Part shown: piece after piece, positions 1 through 13,514 of the stretch
Layout of the letters: the number at the start of each line of letters is the position of its first letter
Numbering within the stretch: the first letter of the stretch is position 1
Assembly (NCBI RefSeq): GCF_964213995.1
Contig: NC_135801.1
Span: 134,168,001 to 134,232,000 of the forward strand
Length of the DNA: 64,000 nt
Source of the DNA: Mustelus asterias
Taxonomy: Eukaryota
Direction: 5' to 3'
Notes under the pieces: generated by a model
The model's database searches: none
Seen by the model: the letters and a program-made list of their open reading frames with translations, nothing else
Told to the model about the DNA's origin: nothing
Translations under genes and position numbers: made by a program

Positions 1-734
1 CCTTTCTCCTGCCCTTTACCATCATCTAAATGCCTTTATTTCATCCTAAACTAATTTTGGTTTGACTTGCAATCCTTGCTGGTTTTGCTTTCATGCACCT
101 TTGCAAATATTTGTTTTTTGTTTTGGGTTAGATCTTATCTCTTCAGTCAATCACTGAGGTCTTGTTATTGTTTTTTCCTTGTAAGGATATAATTTCATGC
201 GACTTGCTTTAAAGCAGTTGTCATAACTACTGCTCTCTGGCTCTGATTCCCTTTAAATTCGTGCTGGAACTCCTCCTGGGTCTAAAATTTGCTCTCGTAA
301 ATTTGTCCACCATTTTTATTGTGATTTCTAACTTCGTCTACAAGACAATTTCAAATCCACAATGTGCACCAATAGCTAGCAACCATGTGCCCATTCGCCT
401 TCTTGTGGACTTATACAACACAACCTTGTAGTCAGTAGTTTAATTATGTGCTTACCACTGACCTCAAAGAAAGCTGTCCACAAGAATTGGTAATCTTTGT
501 GTTGTAGACTCAACGCTAAATTGAATCTAATGCCAAGTCAAAGGGATTTTGCCCAGAGTTGTCATCAACAGACAGGGTAAGCAGCCAATCACATCAAAAA
601 TTTCTCACAGATGGGAAACCAGGAAGAAAATGCACTGATTACCCATCACTTTTTATAAATTTTACAGAGATAAATAAAGATTGGGACATACACATTGGAG
701 GCTGAAAGATCACAAACAAACTTCAAACAAGATA

Positions 735-1394
735 ACCGAAAAGCAAAATGCTGCAGATGCTGGAAGCTTGAAATAAAAACAAAAAATGCTAGAAATACTC
801 AGCAGGTAGGGCAGATTCTGAAAGAGAGAAACAGATTTAACGTCTCAGGTCTCTGACCTTTTGTTAAGACTGGAAAAATTTAGAAATGTAATGGATTTTG
901 AGCAAGGACAAAAGGACAGCCTGTGATAAGGTGAAAGACAGGAGAGATTGAATGACAAAAGAGTGAATCTTACAGAGTCAAAGGAAATGGTGATGGGTCA
1001 AGAAAAAAAAAGAAACAAAAGATGTGCCTTGAGCAAGTATGCTGCTGATTGAAAGCAAAAGTGAAAAATCAAAACAAGCAAAGACAAGGAAACAAAATGG
1101 GGCAGAAACTATGGTCTCCAATTGTTGATCCCAATGTTTACTCCGGAAGGCTGTATGTAAAGAGCTTAATTTAAAGATGAGTTGCCGTTCCTCAAGCTTA
1201 AAATGGACCTTCATTGGACAGTGCACAAGCTGAGGACAGAGATTGAGGTTGAGAATTAAAATGACAGGCCACCGGAAGCTCAGGGTCATATTTATGGACA
1301 GAACGGAGGTTTTCTGCAAAGTCCTCCCCCAATCTGCATTTGGTCTTCTCAATGTAAAGGAGGCCACATTGTGAGCAACAGCTACAATAGATTA
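735..1394 (-). mobile_element. Penelope-like element 3' part (degenerate GIY-YIG endonuclease + pseudo-LTR)
   Basis: Minus strand IYCSCCSQCGLLYIEKTKCRLG / FAENLRSVHKYDPELPVACHFNS (frameshifted), followed by the aaatgctgcagatgctggaa-type terminal repeat. Confidence 0.8.
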
Positions 1395-1626
1395 AAAAAT
1401 GGATAAAAGGAAATTACTGCAGATGCTGGAATCTGAAGCCAAAAGAGAAAATGCTGGAAAATCTCAGCAGGTCTGGCAGCATCTGCACGGAGAGAAAAGA
1501 GCTGACGTTTTGAGTCCAGATGACCCTTTGTCAAATGGTGATCTGGACTCGAAAGGTCAGCTCTTTTCTTTCTTTATAGATGCTGTTAGACCTGCTGAGA
1601 TTTCCTAGCACTTTCTCGTTTGGGAA
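1395..1626. mobile_element. Penelope-like inverted pseudo-LTR pair (fold-back insertion)
   Basis: Arms ~1437-1528 and ~1536-1624 are reverse complements. Flanked by CTACAATAGATTA at 1382-1394 and 1627-1639. Confidence 0.75.
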
Positions 1627-2499
1627 CTACAATAGATTACTGTGACCGTTAAAGACTGTTGTGGCAAGGATTTCAAATGCACATCTTGAGGAGGAGCAGG
1701 GAATTGCTGACTAAAATGCAGGAATTTTGAATTTAACTATCCCTGGATGCAAGAATTTGCTGTCAATGTCAGAGGGCAATAAAATGAACGTTGATGGTTT
1801 CACTATCATTCTGATTGGAAAATCTGTGACAATATCTTACTCAAGAGCTTCTCCAATACTTTACTTCCTATTTCCTGTTAAGAATAAGTCACAGATTACT
1901 TCAATTAAATGGCTTGGGGCTTTCATTCGTTAAAGCACCTGGTTTGGGAAACTCAAAGAATTGTGGTTCAGAAATATATTTTCTCCAATTTTTGGGTGAC
2001 TCGGCCACACCTGTTCCAATCAAAGTGGGGAATAGCCAGATTGCTTGTACCCACCTCATCTGAATGATTCCGTACCAACTGGTGCACATCAAATGCTGAT
2101 CTCTGCCGAGGCGGTTGAAATAGTGATCAGCAATTAACCTGTCCCCAGGAAAACCAGATAGGTATTTCAAATTTCCAGCATCTGCAGCATTTTGCTTTTC
2201 GGTTATCTTTTTTGAAGTTTTGCTCTGCATGTGTCTATATACAGCACCCAGAGTCAGATCGAATATTATTTATAATTCTCAAAGAAATGAAAAAAATCAG
2301 CTCTGCTCAATATTTTTAGGAGTCCAACAGAACAGGATCTGAGCCTGGCTTGTCCAATATTGGTTTTAAAAAGGGAGAGAGACACGAACATAGGAATTAT
2401 AGACCATTAACAGAGCTTAGAATTAGATCAACCTTTACCGAATTGCTGGAGGGGAGTGTGCTTCAGAACATTATGCTGGATGAGCTGAGCATCCACCTA

Positions 2500-2992
2500 C
2501 TTATACCTCCAGAAAGTCATCTGCATCTGCCCTCCCTCAATTCATCTGCCATTAAAACCCTCATTCATGGTTTTGCCACCTCCAGTACTTGAGTACTTTG
2601 GGCCTGGTCTCACATCCATATCTTTCCCACACCAGTTCCCCCTCACCTACCATCATTGGATCCCAATGCCCTAATATCTCTAAATCAAATTTTTCATACA
2701 CTCATGCCCCAAACTCCAATCCTAGAACACTTTGTTCTTCATCCCACCATTGGCAGCTGTGCATTGAGCTGCCCACAGCCCAAGATTTGGAAATCCCTTC
2801 TTACACCTTTCCAGCTCTCTCCCCTTCTCTAAGGCCCTCTTTACAATCCCTTCTTTGACCATGCCTTTTGGTCCCTGCTCCCATTCTCAATTCTTTGATT
2901 CAGCACCCATTTTTGTCTGATTACGCCTGAGTGAATTGCCTTGGTATGCTTTCTGTATTAAAGCTGCTATATGAATGCAAGTTATTGTTGTC
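2500..2992 (+). mobile_element. Old L2-clade LINE 3' fragment
   Basis: KTLIHGFATS (ETLIHAFVTSR-like) and L2-type tail attaaagctgctatatgaatgcaagttattgttg. Confidence 0.6.
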
Positions 2993-3004
2993 ATATTGTT
3001 GTTG

Positions 3005-3218
3005 GGGGGTTGGTTAGCTAAGCTGACTGGACAGCTGGCTCATGATGCGGAGTGATGCCAACAGCACGGGTTCAATTCCCATACTGGCTGTGTTATCCAT
3101 GAAGGCTTGATCTTCTCAAACTTGCCCCTCACCCGAGGTGTGATGAACCTCAGGTTAAATCACCACCAGTCAGCTCTCTCTCTCAAAAGGTGGGAGAGCA
3201 GCCTGTGGTCCTCTGGAA
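3005..3218 (+). mobile_element. Old tRNA-headed SINE
   Basis: A-box-like GGTTAGCTAAGCTG and B-box-like GGGTTCAATTCCC, followed by a non-tRNA body. Confidence 0.5.
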
Positions 3219-3587
3219 CTTGCACTTAATTTTGTTTAATTGTTGTTCATTATCATTGGTTATTCCTGATAACAAGCAGAGGCAGCCTTAAGGAGTAGTT
3301 AGCATGTTCTCTGAAGGAATATGTCATGTCTTGTTAATCTACTTGGATTATTTTGAGGTTATTACTAAACTAATGGATGAGGGACAGTACAGAGAATATA
3401 ATTAACCTGAGCGCTGGTTCAGAAAACATTTGATATATGTCTGAAACAAGAAAAGGAAAGTTAACACGTTCCCTCCTGCTGTCAGGTTCTCTCCCACCGC
3501 CATTTTAACTGGCCTGAAATACAGCACATGAATGCTCCACCTGGTCTCAGAAGATACCTTGGACCTTCTCTGCCCCTCAGCTTGGTT

Positions 3588-3912
3588 GGGGCAGCATGGT
3601 GGCACAGTGGTTAGCACTGCTGCCTCACAGCGCCAGGGACCCGGGCTCAATTTTGGCCTCGGGTCACTGTCTATGTGGAGTTTGCACATTCTCCCCGTCT
3701 CTGCATGGGTTTCTTCCGGGTGCTCCGGTTTCTTCCCACAGTCCAAAGAAGCACAGGTTAGGTGGATTGGCCGTGCTAAATTGACCCTAGTGTCAGGGGA
3801 TTAGTGGGGTAAATATGTGGAGCTACGGGGATAGGGCGTGGATGGGATTGTGGTCGCTGCAGACTCAATGGACTGAATGTCCTCCTTCTGCACTATAGGG
3901 ATTCTATGATTC
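3588..3912 (+). mobile_element. HE1-like V-SINE
   Basis: tRNA-like head GGTGGCACAGTGGTTAGCACTGCTGCCTCACAGCGCCAGGGACCCGGG, V-domain tggagtttgcacattctccccgt, CR1-type tail ending attctatgattc. Confidence 0.85.
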
Positions 3913-4324
3913 AACCTGATTCTCCACCACAATCATCTGATTGATTACTTATTCATTTTACCATTTATGTGGGTCACAGCAGTGGCCTTAAAACCTGCAC
4001 CAAAGAATTTTGATTCTTCGCCCACCAACAGATGATGCTAGCTTTGGGTGTGCAGCAGTATTGGGCAAGCAAATACAAATCTTCTAAGTTTCACCACTGG
4101 CCTTCATTCCTACTGAGTTAAAATCAGAGCTAAGATTTGTGCAGAAAGTTATGGATCCGGGATTCACAAGAATACCTTGGATCATATACACATCATACAA
4201 ATCAAGTCCTTGGCATTATGGGTAATTTTGTAAGTCAGTATACTGGCATGGAACCTGAACCAATAACAACTCAGACTCATAAAATTACCCCTTACAACAT
4301 ATTTTCAACTGGGTTAGACTTAGA

Positions 4325-4803
4325 AATCGTTCTTTCTGGTTGTATCACAGCTTGGTATGGCTCCTGCTTTGGCCAAGACTGCAAGAAACTACAAAAGATC
4401 ATGAATGTAGTCCAATCCATCATGTAAAGCAGCCTCCCATCCATTGACTCTGTCTACACTTCCCGCTGCCTCGGCAAAGCAGCCAGCATAATCAAGGATC
4501 CCACGTAGCCCGGACATTCTCTCTTCCACCTTCTTCCGTCGGGAAAATGATACAAAAGTCTGAGGTCACGTACCAACTGACTCAAGAACAACTTCTTCCC
4601 TGCTGCCATCAGACTTTTTAATGGACCTACCTTGCATTAAGTTGATCTTTCTCTATACCCCAGCTATGACTATAACACTACATTCTGCACTTTTTCATTT
4701 CCTTCTCTATGAATGGTATGCTCTGTCTATATTGCGCGCAAGAAGCAATACTTTTCACTGTATGCTAATTAATACATGCGACAATAAATCAAATCAAATC
4801 AAT
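4325..4803 (+). mobile_element. Rex1/Babar-like LINE 3' fragment
   Basis: IVLSGCITAWYGSC..QDCKKLQKI motif and (AATCA)n tail; same family as 13515-15180 and 57770-58877. Confidence 0.75.
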
Positions 4804-4860
4804 GGCTATTTTCACTCTTTCGTCCATTTTATCTGTGTCAGTGATGTAAGCTGACAGGAT

Positions 4861-5155
4861 CATAGAATCACTACTGTGCATAAACAGGCCATTCGGCTCA
4901 TCAAGCTTGCACCGACAACAATCCCACGCAGGCCCTAGCCCTGTAACCACACCCTCCTGACACTAAGGGGCAATTTAGCATTGCCAATCAACTGAACCCG
5001 TAGATTTTTGGACAATGGGGGGGAAATCGGAAACCCACGCAGACACAGGGAGAACGTGGAAACTCCACACAGCCAGTCACCACCCAAGGTTAGAATTGAA
5101 CCCAGGTCCCTGGCACTGCGAGGCAGCAGTGCTGACCACTGCGCCACCGTGCCAC
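4861..5155 (-). mobile_element. HE1-like V-SINE
   Basis: Reverse complement of the head, V-domain and tail seen at 3588. Confidence 0.8.
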
Positions 5156-8100
5156 TCCTATTATGCAAACACTGTTCTATCCGAACAAACATCACAGCAG
5201 TTAATGGTGCTTATCCTGGTGAACTGTATGTTTTAACTAAATGTACTTTACTACCCTAAATGTTGGCTTTTGTCAACCTCTGCAAAGGTATTCTGAGCTG
5301 TGGTAAAAATAGTATGTTCCAATGGAAAGAACGTGTGCACCTCATATCAAATTGAGATTCTTCCTATGGGTATTTTGCACTTTTTTGTTTAGGATTTTTT
5401 AATATTTGGTGATGGTTAGCATGTATGGCAGCTAGTTGATAGTTTGTGGAATGGGGTAAAGGAGGATAAGTGCTCAAATTCCTGCCAGAAAGAAGCATTT
5501 TTATAAGATGGTAAATCATTTGAATATTAATCACTGACCACCTGCAGCATTACTCATAAAATCTGATCACTGGGATTTTGTGCAGCACGTGTGCAATCTG
5601 CAAGTGTGAAAGCTTTGACTAGCAATCCCTAAATGCAGGGGCTTTGGCCAAGTGTCTATTAGTTTGCATTTATTTGAGAAGCTTCTTATAGGACATGAAC
5701 TCGGTGAAAGCAGAAAATTTTAAAGACTGCTCTAACCTCCCATTATCCCTTACCTATGATTTGTCTATTCCCTAAATGAAGCAATATGGATGACCAAGAA
5801 TGCAATCAACATGATGCAGTGACCTCCATTGCCTTTTCACTGTTTATATTTCACTCAAACAGAATAATCAGAATAAACATATATCCTCCCACATCTCATC
5901 GCAGCTCAAAATAGTATCATCACATGCCAGATGAGCCTGTTAAAGCATTTGGAATTGTGGAGAGAAAAATTGTTGGAACAAAGAGTTTAATGTGATAACA
6001 AATCAGTTTATACTTCTAAAGGACAAGGGTTCTACTTTCCAAAAAGACAGCCATAGTGGATGAAGAAATAAGAAACTAAAAGAAAAGACATACAGGTATA
6101 ATGCAAAAAACACAAATTCTGGCAAATGGGAGAGAGCAGCAATGAGTGACAAAACAGACAGCAAAAGCTACAATAAAGTATGAAAATGAACTTGCAAGTG
6201 ACGTCAAAATTAATACAAAACCTTTTACAATTAAATTAGGAAATAGGTGGCCAGAAGATATGTGGGTGCCCTTGAAAACTAATAATGTGGTGTTTCCTAA
6301 AATTCAATAAACAGATATTGAAACTGGGCCTTCAACATATGAGGCTAGCTTCCAGGTTAATGATTTCCAGTATGCTGATATCTCTTCCCAAATTCATGTA
6401 GGGTAGATCCCTCCCTCTAACCTGAACTTCTAACCTGGTCCTGGATCTTGCTTTGGTGCATTGATAATACCTATATATATATAATATTTACATTGATGCT
6501 TTGTTCATGCTTGTATACTGTATATGAATACAAGTTGTACATCCTGCCTGTTTTTGCAAATATCTAGTTTATATTACTATTTCAGAGGTAATGTTTACTT
6601 CTTGGGAGGATTATTATGCTGAAGGTAAGGTAATTAAAATGCTGAGCTCGAATGATTGCCAGAACACCTAAAGAATAAGTTTATTTAATAGAATCAGCGT
6701 AAAAGAGATAGAACTATAAAACAACAGGTGGGCTTACTCAGCTGGATCAATTACAAATGAGGGATAATTAGCTCAGGTGTCAGTTTGAGGATAGCTAAGA
6801 ACAGGCTACTTCATCATGGGCTGGGTCAAGCTTCAGGAAGTTCTCTGTTTCATTTTTTCTGGGAGAAGCTTTCAATTGCAGTTTGGACCTTACATGGTTT
6901 GCAGCTCACTGAGGGACGTTAGCCAATATGAATTACATAATGACATGCACTGAGAGCAAAGTAAAACACTAACTTCATCAGGGATTGTGTGAAAGGTGGG
7001 AGATTTAAACTTAGTTTGAATATTGTAAGGAACAGAGCTAGAAGATTGCCTAGTTTGAAGCAAGTGGGAGAATCTACAGTAAATCGCAGAGTGTCTTATT
7101 GCAACCAGCAGATTCGCTTGGAAGTAATCAAAAACTGACCAGCACAAGGGACAAAGGCTTCCACAATCAAGAGATGGTAAGTAGAATTTTTACCTGAGAA
7201 TAGCTGGAGCACAGGAAAGTTCTCCAGAGGATTGTGGCATACTTAAGGGTGGTCCCTGTACAAGTAAATGACTTTAAGTATCTTACAGGAGCATTCTTGG
7301 GAAAGTAGGAAGTAAATCCAAGTGCAATAACATACATAGTTATAAACCACATTGTTAAATTAATAGAGTTTCTGTTTAAATATTGTATATGCAATAACTT
7401 TTTAAAAAGTGAAATCTGAGAGATAATTATATTGAAGAAGCATACTTATGTCAGTTAAAACTAATGCATTCAAATGTTAAAGGTTCCTAACCGATCATAA
7501 CACCATAAATAAATTATCAAAACGTGCATTCAGTATTCATTCTATTGCAGCATGATCTCTCCCTGATCAATTCCCTTAATCTTTCATCTATTTAGTACTG
7601 TAAAACTACCATTTACTCTCTCTGCATTCATCAGCTTCTGCCATTGACTGTTTCCTTAAATTTAACATTTTCTCCCTACATCAATTCTTCAGAAACAATT
7701 TTCTTATTTATTTGCTACTTGCAACTGCGTACTGAATTCATATATTCCTCTGCCCAGGTTATCCTGTATTTCATACACCAGTCCTTTCCAGTTACTGTTG
7801 GCAGTTGTATTGCCAAGTAGTCTTTGTGTCTTCTTCTTTCTGTTCCTAGCTATCTAATCTTGGCTTTACATTTTGTTGTTTGACAGATAGACTTCTATTT
7901 ATCGAATATTTTAATTAACTCAGGACATCCAAAGAACATTACAACTGATTAAGTACTTTAGAAGTGTATTCGCTGCTGCAATGCAGGGAATACAGCAGCC
8001 AATTTGTGCATACAAGATCCATAAATAGCAATATAATAATGTCCAAATTATGCTTTTTAAAAATGTGATGTTGACTGAGAAATAAAATTTGGCCAGAACA

Positions 8101-8658
8101 TCGTTGTTTTTTAATTTTTTCCATATGAGGCAGTGAACATTTCATTCAAAGAGTGGTAAACCATAAAAGTTGTGAGAAAAACACAACTGTAGAAAATGAC
8201 CTGATAGAAAACTTTGATTAAGTGTAGGTTAAGGTATGTGACAATGTAATTTTGTACAAGGATTAATGATTTTGGGAAGACATTGTAAAGTTCTTGGAAG
8301 ATCATACTAAGGTAAAAAGGAAGACCTCCTCTTAGATTATATTCACTAATAGCATTAGTTAAGTTAGGATAAACTTAGGATTGGTTGCTTGCTAAATCTT
8401 TAGTTCCTTATCTATTGTGTTTTAAAAAATCTTACAAATGCAAGCACTTTCTCTTATTATACTTACTGCCTCTGTTATGTGGAATGTTAATATAATTACA
8501 GAATACGAGTAAAATACTTTCCTTTCACTCCTCCCAGCACCAGGGAGTGCTGTTGCATCTACTAACTCCAATACCTCTTCTGGCAAATCAAATTTTGAAA
8601 TTTAAACAATGCAATTACCTGCCTCCTGTTTGCTTCAACATCACACTCCTGACTTTTT

Positions 8659-8957
8659 AGAAACATAGAAACCCTACAGTGCAGAAGGAGGCCATTCAGC
8701 CTATCGAGCCTGCACCGACAACAATCCGACCCAGGCCCTGTCCCCAGAACCCCACATATTTGCCCTGTTAATCCCCCTGACACTAAGGGGCAATTTAACA
8801 TGGCCAATCCACCTAACTCGCACATCTTTAGACTATGGAGGAAAGCGGAGCACCCGATGGAAATCTATGCAGACACGGGGAGAATGTGCAAACTCCACAC
8901 AGATAGTGACCCAAGGCTGGAATTGCTGTGAGGCAGCAGTGCTAACCACTGTGCCAC
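8659..8957 (-). mobile_element. HE1-like V-SINE
   Basis: Same family, minus strand. Confidence 0.8.
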
Positions 8958-9057
8958 TGGGATGTACAAATGGCTCCCTGCTCCAGCTGTCATTTTTCCA
9001 TGGCAAAAAACAGGAGTTGAAGGCAATGGTCCTTTCGTTGCTGTTTTAGAGAGCTGC

Positions 9058-9153
9058 ACAGTAAGAGTTTTAACAACACCAGGTTAAAGTCCAACAGGTT
9101 TATTTGGTAGCAAACACCATTAGCTTTCGGAGCGCTGCTCCTTCGTCACATTA
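9058..9153 (-). mobile_element. Short Penelope-like pseudo-LTR fragment with hammerhead-like core
   Basis: Matches the 60009-60100 family. TSD TTAGAGAGCTGC at 9046-9057 and 9154-9165. Confidence 0.75.
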
Positions 9154-9356
9154 TTAGAGAGCTGCCACAGGTGTGATGGGCCAAATGGAAACCTTCTGTG
9201 CAGTAAAATTCATTCACTTGAACTTTCATGTGAGCTTCATATCTTACCTACAATTAATTTCCTTCTTTGAAATCACTGAGTTTATAATGTCTGGCTGACA
9301 GGTTCTGAAGGATATTTATTATTTAAACATAAGCTTTTCTCAATGATTAACCGGTA

Positions 9357-9382
9357 ATATATATATATATATATATATATAT
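9357..9382. repeat. (AT)n microsatellite
   Basis: Direct inspection. Confidence 0.95.
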
Positions 9383-11604
9383 AACTGAAACATGACAAAA
9401 CAGGAGGTCCCAGCTCAATTGTTTATCTGTGCCAATTTGCCGATTTCAGTCCAGCCAACAGCAATGAGCAACATATTTGATTTTAGTGTCTAAGCCAGAT
9501 GAAGAAAATCTGCTAGGGTACCAATATCCTCTTCATATGCTATGATCTCCGCTTGGTTGGATCTAGTGGCATCATGGTAGTGTCCATATCTCTGGGTTCA
9601 AGACTCACTTCAGGACTCCATGACTCCAGAAGGTGTGTTCATAACATAGCCAAACAGTTCTGTAGAAGAATCATACGTTAATTCTACTCCTCTTTGCACA
9701 GATGCTGCCTGATCTGCTGCCTTGATCCAGCATTTTCTGTTTTTCCTTTTATTTAGTTGAGTTTCAGCCTGTAAATCCTTCCAATATGCCTGATGGCAGG
9801 AGTTAAAGATTGGCAAAGTTTCCTGGTCAGCCATGCTGCAGAAGGCAAATCACTGCAGTACTTTGCTAAGAATGTTCATGGACTAATCCAAGGGAAGTCC
9901 ATGGTCGCCAACACCCTCTTCTGATATGGTACCTGGAGGAGGAGGATTTCTGCTAAAAACCACGAGGAGTTGCGAAAGGACAAAGACTGGCACTGATGCA
10001 ATCACAAATGATCTGAATAGCTTGCCCACCTTGACTACCTAGATTCATACTAAACACAATGACTATTTAGGTGAGGTATAGAAACGTCACTGCCTTCAGT
10101 AAAACAGTATCCCTCCAGGAAACAATATCTTTAGATGAGAAAAGGCAAACTTTGAGCAATTCCCTTATATGTCACAGACTTTCCAAAATGTATTGATTTC
10201 TGGTTCCATTTTTATATTTACTGAAACCTTACATCAATAATGTAATATAACCCCCCCCAAATAAAACTTAAACCAAATGACAATACTACAAGTGATTATT
10301 CTAACACCGCAATTAAAAATAATTAATAGAACACGCTGGACAAGACACAGAAATGGAACATGGTCCATTTTCAGACAACCCTATGCAGTTTCTTCAATAT
10401 TACAAATATCTGCTACAAATTGTACAGTAATACTGAGCTGTTCTTTAATATAAATATATAAAAATCTCTTTGAATCTCTCATACTTTGCAAACAAAAACA
10501 TGTTACACAGCTGATGATCTTTTCCCTACATATTAGATCTTTTGGTTTTATATTTCAATGTAATTAAATAACCTTTCACACATAGTCCTGAAAATAACTC
10601 CTAGAACACCAAAGACAAAGAGCTGCTTCTGCCAGAAAAGGAAGATTCAACGCACAACTCAAGAAAGCATTATAATACGTTAAAAATTGTATTCTCAAAC
10701 ATTTATTGTTTATAACTGTCACATCCTCTCAAGATAATCTGAATCAAAAGTAGGAAAATACAAGTCCCCATTCACTAACTTGAGCCTCAATTTCCTGCTT
10801 CCCCAAAATCTTCCTTCCTTCTTTCTCCCCTACCTTTGGCTCTGCATGCAGTAATTACTGGAAATGCTGGAAATATTCACTAGATCTGGCAGAATCTGAG
10901 ACGAGAGAAACAGAGTAAATGGAGGTCATTTTAACTCACAATTACAGGTGGGTTTCAAACCACTGGGCACTGGGACACTTTGTTTAATAATTCACCTGAG
11001 TCCCGTCATTGGTACACTCCACTCACAACTCAAATGTGCCAGAGTTATGTTTAAAATTGAGTACATCCATTGGTACTAGACCCTGCTTAACTGCAGAGAA
11101 CAATTTATTTTTTCAATGTTTATTCCCAGTAATAACATCTCATCTATGAACAGCAGAAAAATATTCAATCATTTTGATTGCAAATTATATGTTGACCTCA
11201 CCACAGTGAAACAGCAGCAGACTTCAGCATTAATCAAAGCAAGCTCATTCTTGCAGGCTATGTTGCACTGGTTCCCTCCAAAGCTAAGAGCACGACTGTG
11301 CATGCACAGGGCCTTCCATTATCACACATACTTAGCTATTTAGCTGGGGCCTTGGGGGAAGGAGTGAAGAAGAGATGGTGGTAAACCTTGTGGAAATATA
11401 TCGACAAGCCAAATTTCTATGCAGTAATAAACACAAAAGTACATCAAGTATCCTAGAGGGGCACAATGACTCCAAATGTTCTGCAGGATCAGCATTGTAC
11501 TATGTTTGTATTAGTCCACCTTAAAAAAGCTGTCACGGAAAGTTGATCTAACAGCACCATTTGCCAAGGAGATGTTCCACCACTGCACAAAGTTCACACT
11601 TTGC

Positions 11605-12735
11605 TATAAGACCATAAGACATAGGAGCAGAATTAGGCCACTCGCCCATCGAGTCTGCTCCGCCATTCAATCATAACTGATATTTTTCTCATCCCCATTC
11701 TCCTGCCTTTTCCCCATCACCCCTGACCCCCTTATTGATCAAGAACCTATTTATCTCTGTCTTAAAGACAATCAATAACCTGGCCTCCACAGCCTTATGC
11801 GGCAAAGAGTTCCATAGATCCACCACTCTCTGACTGAAGAAATTCCTCCTCATCTGTTTTAAAGGATCGTCCCTTTCGGCTGAGGTTGTGCCCTCTGGTT
11901 CTAGTTTTTCCTACTAGTGGAAACATCCTCTCCATGTCCACTCTATCCAGGTCTCGCAGTATTCTGTAAGTTTCAATAAGATCCCCCCTCACCCTTCTAA
12001 ACTCCAATGAGTACAGACCCAGAGTCCTCAACCATCCCTCATACGACAAGCTCTTCATTCCAGGGATCATTCTTGTCTTCTGGACTCTTTCTAAGGCCAG
12101 CACATCCTTCCTTAGATATGGGACCCAAAACTGCTCACAATACTCCAAATGGGGTCGGACCAGAGCCTTATACAGCCTCAGAATATATCCTTGCTCTTGT
12201 ATTCTAGCCCTTTCGACATGAATGCTAACATTGCATTTGCCTTCCTAACTGCCGACTGAACCTGCACGTTAACCTTAAGAGAATCTTGAACAATGACTCC
12301 CAAGTCCCTTTGTGTTTCTGATTTCCTCAGCATTTTCCCATTTATTAAATAGTCTATGCCTCCATTCCTCCTTCTAAAGTGCATAACCTCACACTTTTCC
12401 ACATTGTATTCCATCTGCCACTTCTTTGCCCACTCTCCTAACCTGTCCAAGTCCTTCTGCAGCCCCCCTGCTTCCCCTACCTGTCCCTCTGCATGTCTCT
12501 GTATCATCTGCAAACTTAGCAATAATGCCTTCAGTTCTTTCCTCCAAATTGTTAATGTATATTGTGAAAAGGTCCCAGCACTGACCCCTGAGGCACACCA
12601 CTAGTCACCGGCTGCCATCCTGAAAAAAACCCCTTTATCCCCACTCTCTGCCTTTTGCCAGTCAGCCAATCCTCTATCCATGCCAGGATCTTACCCGTAA
12701 CACCATGGACACTTAACTTATTTAACAGTCTCCTG
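11605..12735 (-). mobile_element. CR1 LINE, 5'-truncated (RT C-terminal half + 3' UTR)
   Basis: SGVPQGSVLGP, KFADDT and EYCEQFW in broken ORFs; (TCTTATGG)n tail; same subfamily as 47373-49902. Confidence 0.92.
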
Positions 12736-13139
12736 TGCAGCACACATGTCATGTGGCACGCAACCTTACAGATATTTCATTGCTCATCACACATGCCCAT
12801 ACAACAGTAGGACACACATATTTTTGCCATGTGTTACAACTGATACCCTTCACATTTTTAAGTGGTTTCACACAAAATCATTGTAATGGGCTAAATTCTT
12901 GTCCGCACATGGATGCTCAGTGCTGGGAGAATGCCCGGCTTTGCAAACACAGAGATGTATTTGCAATGAAAGACATCGTGCCCTGGCATAGGATCTCAAA
13001 ATGACAGATGGCCCCAAAATGACGAGCAGGTCTCTCACAGCTAGGGAAAGAACTACTTTGAAATCCCTTCCAGAACTCACATCAATCACTGCTGAGTCAA
13101 TCACAAAGGAGGTAGCAGCTTGTTCATGAGCCCCAAGAC

Positions 13140-13512
13140 CTTTATCTAACTCCTTCATGGAAACATACATTGTTTTGACCTCAACTACCTTTCTGTGGTA
13201 GAAAATTCCACAGGCTCACCACTCTCTGGGTGAAGAAACTTCTCATCTTAGTCCTAAAAGGTCTACCCTGTACACTGTCTAGTCCTGTTAGAATTTTGTA
13301 GGTTTCTATGAAATTCCCCTTCATTCTTCTAAATTCCAGCAAATATAATCCTAATCAACTCAATCTATCCTCACACGTCAGTTCCACCGTCCCATGAATG
13401 AATCCAGTAAACCTTCGCTGCACTCTCCCCAAAGCAAGAACATCCTTCCTCAGATAAAGGCCAAAACTTCACACAATATTCGAGATGTGGTCTCACCAAG
13501 GCCCTGTATAAC
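13140..13512 (-). mobile_element. Old CR1 fragment
   Basis: Degenerate YRALVRPHLEYC and FFTQRVV-type sequence. Confidence 0.65.
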
Positions 13513-13514
13513 TT

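Noticed and set aside
3588-3665. tRNA genes at SINE heads
   Set aside because: No complete cloverleaf; the heads continue into SINE core and tail.
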